Assembly: GCA_030390025.1 (NCBI GenBank)
Contig: CM059432.1
Span: forward strand, 102,302,001-102,366,000
Reading direction: 5' to 3'
Length of the DNA: 64,000 nucleotides
Origin: Squalus acanthias
Taxonomy: Eukaryota
Shown here: piece by piece, positions 36,872 to 49,314 of the stretch
Layout: the number at the start of each line of letters is the position of its first letter
Numbering within the stretch: the first letter of the stretch is position 1
Notes under the pieces: generated by a model
Database searches by the model: none
Seen by the model: only the letters and a program-made list of their open reading frames with translations
Told to the model about the DNA's origin: nothing
Position numbers and translations under genes: made by a program

Positions 36872-39022
36872 ATTGCTTTCCAATATGCATAATGCTTCTC
36901 AATCTCCAGTCCCTACACCCCCAAAAAAGTACGTTAGAATATAGTGAAACGTTAATGGTAACGTATATAGGGAACATGTCAGAGGTGAGTCTCACTTTCC
37001 CAGGGTAGAAGCCACACTAGCAGGGAATGTAGGTCGGATATAAGGCTACAACACTGCATCCCTGATTCTCCGATGCTCTCTCCTGGAGAGGCGGCTTCCT
37101 GCTGAGACAGAAAGTTTGTAGACTCACCCTTAAGGTATTGCTGCTCCTTTATAGAGTATTAGGAATTTCACCTGCAGAGAACTATGTCCAGCTGTGGTCA
37201 CTATGCTCAAGAATTTTTTTTTTATACATCTGTTTTTCTGGCAAGGAGCCCCAGCCAGGAGCAAAGACTGGGAATTCATGCAGACTACCACCCTCCTCAC
37301 CATTAGCTGTTAATTAATTTAACGGACAGAAAATCAGGGAGGGGGGTGGGGGTTATGCATTTAAATTCCCAATATACGCTGACAGACACGCTCCCATGCT
37401 GGGAATGCAAACTTGTTAAATGACCTCCCTGGAATTTAGTGGAAAGGAATTGGACAGGGGCCAGGTATGAAGCAGGGCTAAGGAAATCAAATCTGTTCTC
37501 ATTAAAGAAAAGACTAAAGAATATGATTCAGTTTCTGAAATGGTGAACGGAGTGGGTGGATGTAGAGAAACGACCTCAGTCTGTCCAGCACTGAGGAGCT
37601 GCAGCAATGGTGCTTCGATAGGTGAACGGAGCTCTGGTCTCCCAGCAGCTAAATGTTAATGTTAAGAGAATACAATGCGAGCATCCGACGGATTTAAAGG
37701 GGTATATTTTCTTCCATGTAAACCAAGTAGAGATATTTTTACTAAATTGCCATTGGTTTATAATGATGGTTCAGTAAAATATTTTTTCTTTAGCTTTGCA
37801 CAGAGTAAAATGTAGGCCATAATATCTAATTGAATGATAACAAATTGTAATGCAGATTTGATGGTTGCTGTTTCTTCTGCTTTCTTTCACCTACAAAATA
37901 GGAAGCATGTTAAACTGAGCTTAAGAAAAAATGTCATGCTTAGAATTGTCAACTTATGGAAAAGACTGCCACCTACAGCCACCTGTGCAATAATCACTAA
38001 CGGTGTTCAAACATTCAAAAGGGAATTGGATTCATTTTTGGTTCAGTAAAGAATAGAGGAACACTGGTTTGGAGTAGTTTAAAATGATTCTACAAAGTGG
38101 TCAAAATCAAGCCCGGCTAAGGAACTTGGATAACAGACTAAGCTCGATGAGCTCAATGGCCTTTTAATATCATTAATATTTAATGCAGTTATGATAGGAG
38201 AGCCCATGGGCACCTATCTATTTGTAGTGAGGAGGCTAAGCTGATAATTTATTATTGGCAAATTTATAGCTGAGTTATAACCAATGCCATCAGTGGGATA
38301 GCAATGTTTCCTCCTAGACAATAATCTATCCCGTTTGTACAATACAAAAAACATAATTAGGTAAAGTCAATTTTATTAGAAAGATGGGCTGAATGGTGCA
38401 CTATTTTACTTTTGCATACTAGTTGTAAACAAGATGAGTCCTCCACTCTGAATTTTCACTCCAAGTGAATTTTCAAAGAGAAACAGTTCCAGTGATTAGA
38501 ATGCAGTTAATTGCATGAATTATTTTTTAAAATCACAATTTTTTTTAATCTGTCAAACTGATACAGTTCTGGGTCCACAATACATCCTGAAATCTAAAAT
38601 TTTCCAAATTATTGATGGAGCCACTTATTCTCTCGCACCTTGAACATTCCCCCAGTATGAGCCCCATCTTCACTCTCTTAAGTCAAAGAAGTGCAGACTT
38701 GAACCTATCTGGTACACAACTGGTTTAGCTATCCATTGCCACGTCAAGCACTGTCAAACCTTACTCCCTTCTGCCAAAACCGCTCCAGGATCCTCATGGA
38801 AGGCAAAGATAAACCCCGGCTTCTTTTATCTTCTCCCCTGCCATCCACCAACACCTCTAACATGTGTAAGGAACTCATCAACTTCTTTATCACCAACACT
38901 TAGACCATTCATTAAGTTGCCTTTTCCACATCACTCCCCTTCCCCTTGCTCACCAAGCCAAACCGTCCCCAAAGATACCCCCCCACCCCGCCCATTCCTA
39001 GCCCTGAATGCGTGTCTTTCTC

Positions 39023-39618
39023 AGGCGTAAAATGGGCTGAACGCATACCAATTTAGCAGTGGGATGGCCTACACACAATCTGCGTAGGTGTTGGTCCCAC
39101 TGCTAATTTTGTCGGCCCATTCTTTAGGCTTCCCGGGTGGCGCCTAAAACAAATGTTAAGCCCATTGAATTCATTAATTAGGGGCCTAACGCTTGTTGAA
39201 GGGAAAACATTAATCAGCAATGAGCAGGGCAGGCATCAGGCCTACCCTGTTCAGGATTCTTCAGCGGCCTCTGCAGCTGCCAAATACAGGTAAGTATTTA
39301 CATCTTTTTAATTTAACTAAACGCCTTCCCGTGGAGCCAGGAGGAGTTGGAGTGGTTCCTCAACTTCACAGGCGCTGCGATCGTCGCTCCCCACCATAAC
39401 CCATTCCAACCCCTTTCCAGGATTTACTTGAGGGCCGCTGCCGACAAGGCCCGAAATTGAAGTCTGTCCTCAGGCAAGCTACTTGTGGAGGCGCGTTCAA
39501 TGATGATGAGGCCTGAGGAGCAATTTCCACCAATCCTCAGACTTCTTGGTTTGGACATTAGGCGCTCATTCAGCAGTGAGTCTGGACCTGAAAATGGGTC
39601 CAGACAAATTTGCACTCC
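39023..39618. mobile_element. Family D-related MITE (inverted, eroded)
   Basis: Shares GGAGCCAGGAGGAG..GGAGTG and CAGGTAAGT with the reverse complement of 28169-28851. Confidence 0.5.
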
Positions 39619-40156
39619 TATATTTGCATAGAATTTCTACATCACAAGCACACATCGGAAAAGCACAGGCAATAGGCCAGCAATTTTTCTATGCATGATC
39701 ACAGCATGCGAAGCACCTTGTCACTGACAAGGATTGAAGAGTGTACCGTCTACAATAGAATCCTGTTTCATGCACATCTTTGGGACCTGTAAAATCCAGC
39801 ATTTATATTGTGCTATTCTTCTACTGCAACTGCGGCATATCAGCAGATGAAGCAATGTAATTGCACTTAAGTAAATTCATTTTAATACGTAGTGCATTAA
39901 AATCAAATTCAGGACATCCTGATTTGCTACATTTTCATTCAAAGCATTTTTGAAACCTGACTATTACAGTTCATTAAAATATTACTTTTATTTAAACAAA
40001 AATTAGGTTGAAATTACACACTAATTTTACTCTTTTACATAAATACAGAATTTGTCTCTATAGATCAGAATTTAAATGAGCCAATAATCTATTAAAATAA
40101 ATGAGGAAACATCTTCTATTTTTTAAATTATATACATTAGAACCGCAAGAAACTGA

Positions 40157-40984
40157 GGGCTGGATTTTGCAAATGGGGAGCTTTTGGAGGCGGGACTCCC
40201 ACTTGTCGGGATTCAGCCCCGCCTCCATCAACTTCTGGCCAACCCACGCTATTTTCCCTTGATTGACCTTGTTAAGCCCGCTGCGGGCTTAACAAGCCAA
40301 TTAAGGGAAAGTCGGTTACAGAGAACATCAACGTATGACTTTTCATCTGTCAAAAATTTTTGACAGATGAATTGTCATTGTTTGACAGCTTTGAGAAGCT
40401 GTCAAACACTGACATTCTCTGTAGTTTGATGAGTTCTTGAATTCAAGACCTCATCAAACCTCTTTCTTTTGTAGAAATTAGATGGTTGTTGCATTGGAGA
40501 ATGCAACGGCCATCAGTCATCTCTACCGCGGAGGTGCGAGACTCTCTGCATACCCACCGATTGAAGCCTGCAGGAAGAAACAAAGGTAAGTACACTTTTT
40601 CTAACACTTTGCACTTACGTCAGATACTCACCTCTCCACACTTGCACCCATCACTCACCTCCACAGCACACTTTTGGAACCCGCAGACCCCCGCAGACCC
40701 ACTCGGTGACCCTGGTGGCTTTCGGAGCCTTTAGGAAGCCCGCACTTGTGAGGGCAAAATGGTAATAAGCCTATTTTCTGCCTGTTAACTACCTGTTAAC
40801 AGGCAGTTAATTGTCTTTAATCCCTTCCCGTCTCCAAGGAGACAGGACCCGGCGCTACCCACCTCCTGGCAAGATGGCATGGAGGCGGGTTGGGGGCGGG
40901 ATGGGTACCCGCCCCCAAATTCTGCCATTTTCCCGGCAGTCCCGCCTCCAAACCCGCCTCCCCAGGGTTGGCAAAATGCAGCCC
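40157..40984. mobile_element. Harbinger-type MITE, family C copy 1
   Basis: TIR GGGCTGGATTTTGC / GCAAAATGCAGCCC, TSD TGA; homologous to 48270-49101 and 56722-57518. Confidence 0.88.
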
Positions 40985-42399
40985 TGAATCTGCAAACATT
41001 TCCCTTTACTCCCCGAGACGATAAAGCCTTGTCCAGGCACTTGCATTAAAAAGTCCACAGAAATCATTTTTTTTTTGCTTTAGAGAAAAGGAACTAAACT
41101 AATGCACTCTTCAGCACTAAATTTATCCTTTATTCCCATTGGAATCCTCTCCAGCCTCTATTATAATTACAGTTAAACCATTATCCGAGACAAGTACTGC
41201 TCTAATCTGCTAATGCTATATTTCTTGTCAGCACTTTTATTCTTCCTATCTTTTTCTTAACAGTGTCTTTGTTGTCTACTTGTTGCAGCAAAGGCTGGCT
41301 TTTTTAATTTTCCATCTCATTAAACCATATAATGTGCCCCCCTATTACCACAGCTACTAACTCACAAGAGACCCAATAGAAAGGCATGCTAAGCAAGAGT
41401 TTTAAGTATTCTAAATATTGAAAAGTGTTTACACATTCAGTTAAAATGTGTTCTAAATAAATCATACAACTAAGTTATGTCTCGTACTATCTATATATAG
41501 GACAAATTTATCAGCTCAGCTTTAAAGAGGTGCAGCATTCTTGTCTGGTGAAAGAAGAAAGCAAATCAGCCATATGTTGTTTTCATTACTATTATGTTAT
41601 ATGCATGAGAGGCACTGATATATTCATGGTGCAACACCATTTGCATTATCCTGATGCAGTGTTTTGCAAACACAGAAGAAAGCATGACAAATTTTTACCT
41701 TTGTTATCAAAGACTGTGCTCTTTAAGTTAGCTTTAGCTTTACAATCCACAAATTAACTTGGTCGAGTTTACAGTGTGACATCTTTCCACCGCCAGAGCA
41801 TTGCCACACTTCCGTATGTACTCAAAACCATGCACAACTAACTGTCACAGAGTCATATTTATGTGCAATACACTGAAACTGGTCTGATGGACTACAATGG
41901 TCTTTTCCAGTCTTGTACATTAATACATAAGTTATTTTGAGCATGATAAATCATAGCAAATGTACACATTATTGTATTATATCAGATTGAACTTGTTTAC
42001 ATGGCCAGAAGTCAAATTTAAGTGGAGTCTCTGTTAATTTACATCAAATTATCGCTCAAGAGCAAGATCATGTTATAGAACAGTCGCTCACTAATGTTTT
42101 GTCAAAGACCACAGTCCCAACCAATGTCTTGGTTGAAAGCCACATCATGCTGCACACTGAGACACCGTGAGCTTCTGATTCCAATTATCCAAAGACCAAA
42201 CACATTGCCACAGAAAGAGAAAAGATTTTGAAGCAGTTAGAATTTTATTAAATAACTATTTTTTTATAAGGGCCCTTTCAATTGCTGAATCAAAACTGTG
42301 CGAACATTACCTCTAATGTCACTGCTTTGCTATTTTTTTTCTGGAGAGCTTCAAAAAAATATTGAATTCCAAATTGATCAATAAGATAGGCGAAGGAGA

Positions 42400-42850
42400 A
42401 GAAGAACTTACATTTATATAGTGCCTTTTATGTAGAAAAGTATCCCAAAGCACTTATCAGTGGCTTGTGGGAAATGGACACCCAGCCAAAGGAGGAGCGA
42501 TTGGAAGAATGCAGATACTTAGTGGCCAAAAATTTGTTCAAAGAGGTGAATTTTAAGGAGAATTTTAAAGCAAGAGAGGGAGATGAAGAAGTGGAGGGGT
42601 TTAGAGAGGGAATTCAAGAGCATGTGGCCCTGATGGATGAAGGGACAGTTACCAATGGTGGGATGAAGAGAGGGGAGCTAAATAAGAGGCAAGAGTTCTG
42701 GGGGTATAGGGATGGAGAAAGTTACAGAGATACAGAGGGTTATGGCCATGAAGGAATTTAAAGACAAGGAAGAGAATTTTACATTTGAGGTGCATGAAAC
42801 AGCAAGGAAATCTGGTGAAGTGCAGCAACAATGAGCCTGGAGCCATATTG
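42400..42850 (-). mobile_element. L2 3' fragment
   Basis: KILFLVFKFLHG..P.YL motif and L2-type tail. Confidence 0.6.
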
Positions 42851-42901
42851 TAGGTATCTTTGATATATCAGGAGTAATAGTGTGACTCATTGGTTACTGG
42901 T

Positions 42902-44714
42902 GAGGGAAAAACTTTGTGTTCGCCAGTAAAGTTGCCGGTAATTAACGGCTGCTGGAAATGGCCGCAATGCTAATCGAGTGAAATTGGTCTGGGGGGCATG
43001 GAGATAGGTGGCGCAGTGCTCATCTGCCATGCAACGCTGTCCTGGTGGCATTGCTGGAGGGATCCGGGATGAAGTTTCTGTCCAAGTACAGCATTGCAGC
43101 TTCCCACAGCCTCTGGGAGCGAGGCTGTGGAGCTCGCAGGGAATTATGGGCAATGAAGAAGTCTGAGAATTAAAGGGGCCATGCACACTGAAGCAATACA
43201 AATTAAAATCCAGTGAATTAATACATTTTTCAGCCCATTCTGCCTTTTAAGAAATATTCAATATTTAAAAGAAGTTCCAAATGTGAATATTCAGCTGTTT
43301 AAGCTGAATTACCTTCCTAGCCTCAACAAATGGGAAAACTGCCTCAGCACTAACACAAATGGCTCAGCAAGCCACAGAAGGGGCACCAAGGGTCTCACAC
43401 ACAGCACTCCAGCTTTGTGCAGGGGTCAACACTGTAAGAGCAGCCCTCTGCCCACAGGGACCAGGAGGCCCTCCAGAAAGAAAGATGTGGGAGTACATCA
43501 CTAAGGCCGTCACTGCCAGCAGTGTCACCCCCACCCCCTGGCTCCAGTGCCCAAAGAAGCTTCATGACCACAGATGACTGGTCAAGGTCAGTGAATGCAT
43601 CTTCAAAAGCCATCTCCTACCAACTGCACCACTAGCCTCACACACTGCTCAATGCACAACCTCCAATAACTCACCTACCAACAATCTGCACCAATGATGA
43701 GGCACATCTCCCATTCCTAGCCTCACCTCACCCCCTTGGAGGTGACGGTGCAGGCCATTCTTGGCAGGGGCATGGTTGAGCCCTTGGCCAGCGGCTGGGC
43801 TGAAAGCTTACAAGATGCGGGTATCCTTGTATGTTATCTTCTTTCTGGCATGCACCTCTTGCTTTCCCGCCTTTCCGTCAGCACAACTCCACCTTCCTCA
43901 TTTCACACACCCAAGAAATGCAGCCAGCCCAGCCAGTGGTCAACAAGAAGAGGCAGCCTGCCCAGCCAGTGGGACCGCAGGCGGATGATTCCATCCCGGA
44001 CATCCCGGTCACAAAGGGGCTGTCTGAGATGCATCCTTCCATCTGATTCCTCCTCTTTGGCTTCCTCCTCTTCTGCGTCTTCCTCTTCCCTCTGCAAGCA
44101 GATGCTGTACATGTGAAATGACAGCATAAAATGCTGAAAATACTCAGTTGGTCAGGCAGCATGTCGACCTGAGATGTGAACTCTGTTTTTCTCTCCACAG
44201 ATGTTGCCTGACCTGCTGAGTATTCGCAGCATATTCTGTCTTCTCAAAGGCCTTCATTTACCATCCGAGCCCTTGCAAGCATCCAGCAGCACTCCCTACA
44301 CACTTAAAAAACTTTTCACATCTATTGCAGCAAGCCACCACTTCAATAAAATAAAAAAAAAACAGTCCAAACCCTTAAATACAAACTTACCTGAATGATG
44401 TGTGTGTCCCTTTAAGAGCTGCCGACATCACCACTGTCAGCCTGCTTGCTCGCCAGGTTAACCTGGCGTGTTTAGGACTCAGTACTAGGGTCGAAGTTCG
44501 CGTTGGTGATGTTAAGTTGGCGTTGCACGCCGATTGACGTCACCATGCCGCCATTTTTTTCCAGGGCGCTGCCAGCAACTGGCAGCGTAAAGGGGGAGAG
44601 GAATATGGCGGCCTTCGTGGGAACCACCACCTGCTGGCAAAAGAGCGGCGGCCGCCATTTTATTGCCATTTCATGGCGGTACAGAGTGGCGGTAAGTAGA
44701 TAAATTTCTAGCCC
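42902..44714. mobile_element. Decayed non-autonomous Harbinger with Myb/SANT exons
   Basis: Right TIR GATAAATTTCTAGCCC; + strand APRVSHTAL...MWEYITKAVTASSVTPTPWLQCPKKLHD followed by a GTCAGT donor; left end uncertain. Confidence 0.65.
44112..44240. mobile_element. Penelope-derived fragment with an inverted head
   Basis: ATGCTGAAAATACTCAGTTGGTCAGGCAGCAT is inverted against ATGTTGCCTGACCTGCTGAGTATTCGCAGCAT. Confidence 0.65.
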
Positions 44715-45705
44715 AGGATATTTTGAGCTCAGCAATGTGTGCTATAGCATGTTTTGTGGTTTAGGTGTTCATTGCAGGAGCAAATTAAATGCACATATTG
44801 TCTGAATACATGATGTTCTGTCTTATATCTTTCAAAAGAAAAACAGCATTAACAACTGTTAAGGTATTATCCCAAGATTTAACTTATATCACTAACATGT
44901 TGTAGAATAACATATACTTAAGAGTGTGTTACAATACTGTTCCACATTAAATGGTTCACTCCTACAGTTTGTCAGTATTACCTGAACCTGAGGTATGTTA
45001 CAGTTGGTATGTTTCTGTTCAATTCATTCTGCACAATGCTACAGGGGATTAACTAGTTATATTATAACTCTGTAAGTTGTTCAATATGTGCAATATTAAA
45101 CACCGTCCAACAAAAACTGATTAAAATAAATGCTAGATTTGGAAACTATGCTGGATTAGGTCATGCATTACACAACTCATTGACTGTTCCATTTGTTTCC
45201 ATTTTTTTCTTTTGCTTCAACTACAATACATCTTCAAGATTTTTTCATTTTTCAACAACATTTTAAATTCATAGTTTCAAAACAATACTGTCCAAATTTC
45301 TCTTTTCATTCATTTGGAAGGTTATGTTTTCTTCAGGCAATGTTTTTTATAGGTTAAATAAATTGTACATTTGGAAAGAAAATGACAAACCATAAAAAAT
45401 CTAGACAGCCTCCATATTAGAGTGTATAATCAGAAGAATATAGTTACAAAAAAAAGTCATTATTCTTCCTAATAAATGTGGATATATAATGGAGTTTATC
45501 CAGAAACATGGATATCTCTCATTTGATGTTGGAGACCAGGCTGGATTAGTCTATGTACCGTGCAAACGTAGCCAGCTGTGATGAATAGGATAGTGGCATC
45601 ACATTGGAGAAGCCTAGTTGAGCTGCACTTCATCAACAAAGAGATTAAATTGACAAATTTTCCTGGTGAGTAAACTTCTTCCAGTTTGTCTAAATAAAAT
45701 ATATT

Positions 45706-46443
45706 GGCCCAGAAATTGATCTCGCTCTGTTCCCGCGGTGGTAAGGCTTCCCCGCGATCTCTCACCTCGCTTGTGCTTTTTCAGATCCAGCTCGCACGAA
45801 CTTGATGTTCTAGACATCAGCTGGGCAGTGCTTGCGTATCCCAGCGGCGTAGTGAATTTGTGCGAGCTGTGGGATCACGTGACTCAGTTAGAGCCAATGG
45901 CAGCACACCATCTTCCATTCATAAGTTTCACATACGTGCTGTGAAATCTATGAATCTTACCCCCCCCAAAATAACAGCTAAACCTCAATTAAATTTAAAA
46001 GAAAAACCATCACATTAATAAAATAAGTATAGTTAATTAAATTAACCATTTTAAATAAAAAATTAAATTTTTGAAAAAATTTAAAATCTTTTAAAAAGTT
46101 ATAAAAATAAACTTACCTGTCTTTAAAGTCTCTAAAAAAGATATACCTGTTAAAAAAAATTCAAAAAAATACTTAATTCACTACTTACCTTCTTAAAAGT
46201 GGGTCTTACATTTTTACATTTCCAAAATCTTCCGTACTTACCTGCGCGTCCAAAGCATGAAGTGCACAGCGTGCGCGCAGCCTGTAGCGCGCACGCGATG
46301 CACCGAGGACCCGCCCCCTTTTCAGAAGAGCAATTGCCGGTTTTCAGCGCATGCGCAGGGCATGCAGAAAACCGGCAATTGGAGTGGGAATACGCGAGAG
46401 TACGCAGTGCGTACTCTCGCGTCCCGGGATCAATTTTCGGCCC
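45706..46443. mobile_element. Family A-related MITE
   Basis: TIR GGCCCAGAAATTGATC / GATCAATTTTCGGCCC, flanks ATT/ATA; CACGTG-N12-CCAAT. Confidence 0.85.
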
Positions 46444-46979
46444 ATAGTTTTTACATTTTATTGCATAGGAGAAAATGCAATCAACAACATAAATACATCT
46501 TAGATGCAAATTTGTTAATTAAGATCAGGACCTCTTAAAATGTGTTTGCTCTTTTTTTCCCTAGTGTTATTACTGGAACAAAAATGAATATCAAATTGCT
46601 GCCCAGCATGGTACACTCTTCTCTTCCATGGGATTTAAACAAACACATTCAGCGACTTATGAAATCATTTGTTGCTTAGTCTGCCTTGCAATTATTTTTG
46701 TGCTACCCAATTGTAACAATACTTCTGACATTAAAAGACCAACAGAAGTACTCTAAAATGTAAAAATGAAATATTTAGACTTTACTCCATTGTAAAAAAA
46801 CTACTTGCTGCTCCCAGTAAAACCACTTGTACTAGGTATAACATAATTTGTGCAAGAACACAGCTATAGATATAAACATAGACAAACATACAATAATAGA
46901 TGGCTACCAGTGAGTGAAAAGGTCATTTGAAAATCCATTGGTGATGATAACTATAGATACTTCTACAACATAACTTAGG

Positions 46980-47206
46980 GCACGGAACCCTGCTGACTTG
47001 TGGTTGTTGATGCTGAAGTGCTGCTTTATGAGGTTAGGCTCAGGAAGAAACCTTCATTGGAACAAAAAAGAGAAGGGCTCTGAAGAGAGCTGTAGCAGAT
47101 AAGTGAATGGAGATGGCCAGAGCAGTCCGCCAATTCCATCATCCAGCACACTGCCATTCTATGTGGCAAACTGTTAATGATCTTTCCAGGTTAAACAAGG
47201 TAAGTG
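46980..47206 (+). pseudogene. Very old Myb/SANT (Harbinger ORF-like) exon remnant
   Basis: DAEVLLYEVRLRK, ALKRAVADK*MEMARAV, WQTVNDLSRLNK followed by a GTAAGT donor, the same exon end as the other Myb exons. Confidence 0.45.
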
Positions 47207-47462
47207 GAGTCAGAAACACCTTCCGTGAATGCACTGTACTAATCGTGTCTGCCACACACAACCACCTCTGCATTAGAGTGTAAAAATGCTTGACTAGCTT
47301 AGCACTAATGCCAAGGAGATGCCCCTTATATACCAACCTTTATCTGGAAGTGTTCCTTTACTCATACATGTACATGTATTCACCTCTTAAATGCCTCACA
47401 CAGAATGCAACTGCTTGTTGCAGGTGCCTGTCAACACATCCATTCTGGTCTGAATGCTGATA

Positions 47463-47817
47463 CAGGAAACTCTTTCGTATCCGGCACCGACGGGACCGGG
47501 ATGGTGCCGGTTGATTAAAAATTCCGGATAACGGCGAGGTATATCTACCGAGGCTATTTTTAACAAACAAAAATAAAAAAATCAAGAAATGTGCAGTATA
47601 ATTGGGTACTCCCCTACAGAATGTTGTGTTAAATGGATGGTGGAAGATGCTTGATTAAGTACAGTAATGCCAGTTGAGGGTAATCCATAACTCTTTAATT
47701 ACTTAACAGTAAAACAAAACTTATAAACGACTGTATACTGTAGTTTTCGGAGTATGAATTCTGCCGGCTTTTAAAGAATTCCGGATATTTAGGTGCCGTT
47801 TAAACGAGAGTTTCCTG
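47463..47817. mobile_element. Tc1/mariner (Tigger/pogo-like) MITE
   Basis: TA-CAGGAAACTCT ... AGAGTTTCCTG-TA: TIRs with a TA duplication and subterminal ATCCGG/CCGGAT motifs. Confidence 0.8.
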
Positions 47818-48269
47818 TATCTTGGTTTTACTGCATGTTGTAGGAGCAAAAAATCATTCTCCTTTCTTTTCATTCTTTCTTTAAGGAAAAAACAGCCCAA
47901 AATAACTGGAAGAGATCAGCAGCCTGCGACCTCTCACCAACCATGAGGTAGAAGGCTATAGAGGTATAGGAGATAGCAAAGTATGAAGGCATGTGTCAGC
48001 TGTGGGTTCATCATACCATTATGCTTCTCATCCTATTGCATTAATTGCCAGTGAACCAGATCATGAAACTCTCATATCACTCCTTATGTTGAAATTGAAG
48101 TGTCAGCTCTGTTTGAAAGGAAACCATGCTAATTCCTCCTTCAGAAATCGGGCCAAGCCCCAGTGTGCCTGTCCCTGCCAGCACTTCAGAACACACGCTG
48201 TCACACACCCTCTCCCTCCCAATTAACAGCTCAGAGTCATCCCCCAATGACGGGTGGGAAGGAGACTTA

Positions 48270-49101
48270 GGGCTGGACTTTGTCAATGGGGGCGCGTTGG
48301 GGGCGGGACTGCTGGTTTTCGGGTTTCAGTCCTGCCCCCAACGACGTCTGACCAACCCACGCTATTTTCCCTTGATTGACCTTGCTAAGCCCACCGACCA
48401 ATTAAGGGAAAGCCAGTGACAGAGGACGTCAGCGTATGATGTTTCATCTGTCGAGAAATTTTTGACAGATGAATTGTCAGTGTTTGACAGCTTTGAGAAG
48501 CTGTCAAACACTGACAACCTCTGTTCTAAGGTGAGTCCTTGCACAGAAGGCTCATCAAAATCTCTCTCCTCAGCAGAAAGCAGATGGCTGCTGCATCTGA
48601 GAAAGCAGCAGCCATTCTGTCATCTCTGCTGTTGAGATGAGGCACCTCCGGATCCTCAAAGGTTGAAGCCTGCAGGAAGAAGCAGAGGTAAGGAAACTTT
48701 TTCCAACACTTTACACTTACCTCTCATACTTACCTCTCCACACTTGCACCCATCACTCACCACTACAGCGGACTTTCGACCCCTGTCATCCCCGCAGATC
48801 CACTGCTCACCTCGCTGACCCTGGCGAGGTTCGCAGTCATCGGGAAGCCCGCACTTGCAGGGGTAAAATGGGGATAAGCCTCAAAACTGCCTGTTAACTA
48901 CTTGTTAACAGGCAGTTAATTGACTCTAATCCCCTTCCCGCCTCGAGGAGACGAATCCCTGTGCGAGTCGGGGACCCGCCTCCTGGGAAGATGGCACAGA
49001 GGCGGGTTGGGAGCGGGGTCAGTACCCACTCCCAGTTTCTGCCATTTTCCCGGCAGTCCCGCCTCCATATCCGCCTCCCCAGGGCTGGGTAAATTCCCCC
49101 C
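48270..49101. mobile_element. Harbinger-type MITE, family C copy 2
   Basis: GGGCTGGACTTTGTC start, colinear with 40157-40984; flanks TTA/TTC. Confidence 0.85.
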
Positions 49102-49314
49102 TTCGAGTGTGAGCCAGAGGAGATTGCATTGGGTGATGCACAGAGCATCAGTGTGCAGGAAGAGCTGGGAGTGAAACAAGAGGAGGAAACTTTGCTGACT
49201 GGAGGGTCAGGATTGATCCCCCCTCAGCTCAAGAACTTGAGGACCCAGATCTCACAGGTCCTACTTTTAAAAGAAGAGACTATGCAGTGAATCAAATGTA
49301 TCTGCAGGTTCTGA

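Noticed and set aside
45500..45671. Possible exon ending CCTG|gtgagt
   Set aside because: Stops occur in all three frames from the nearest acceptor, and there is no recognisable protein; it could only be non-coding.
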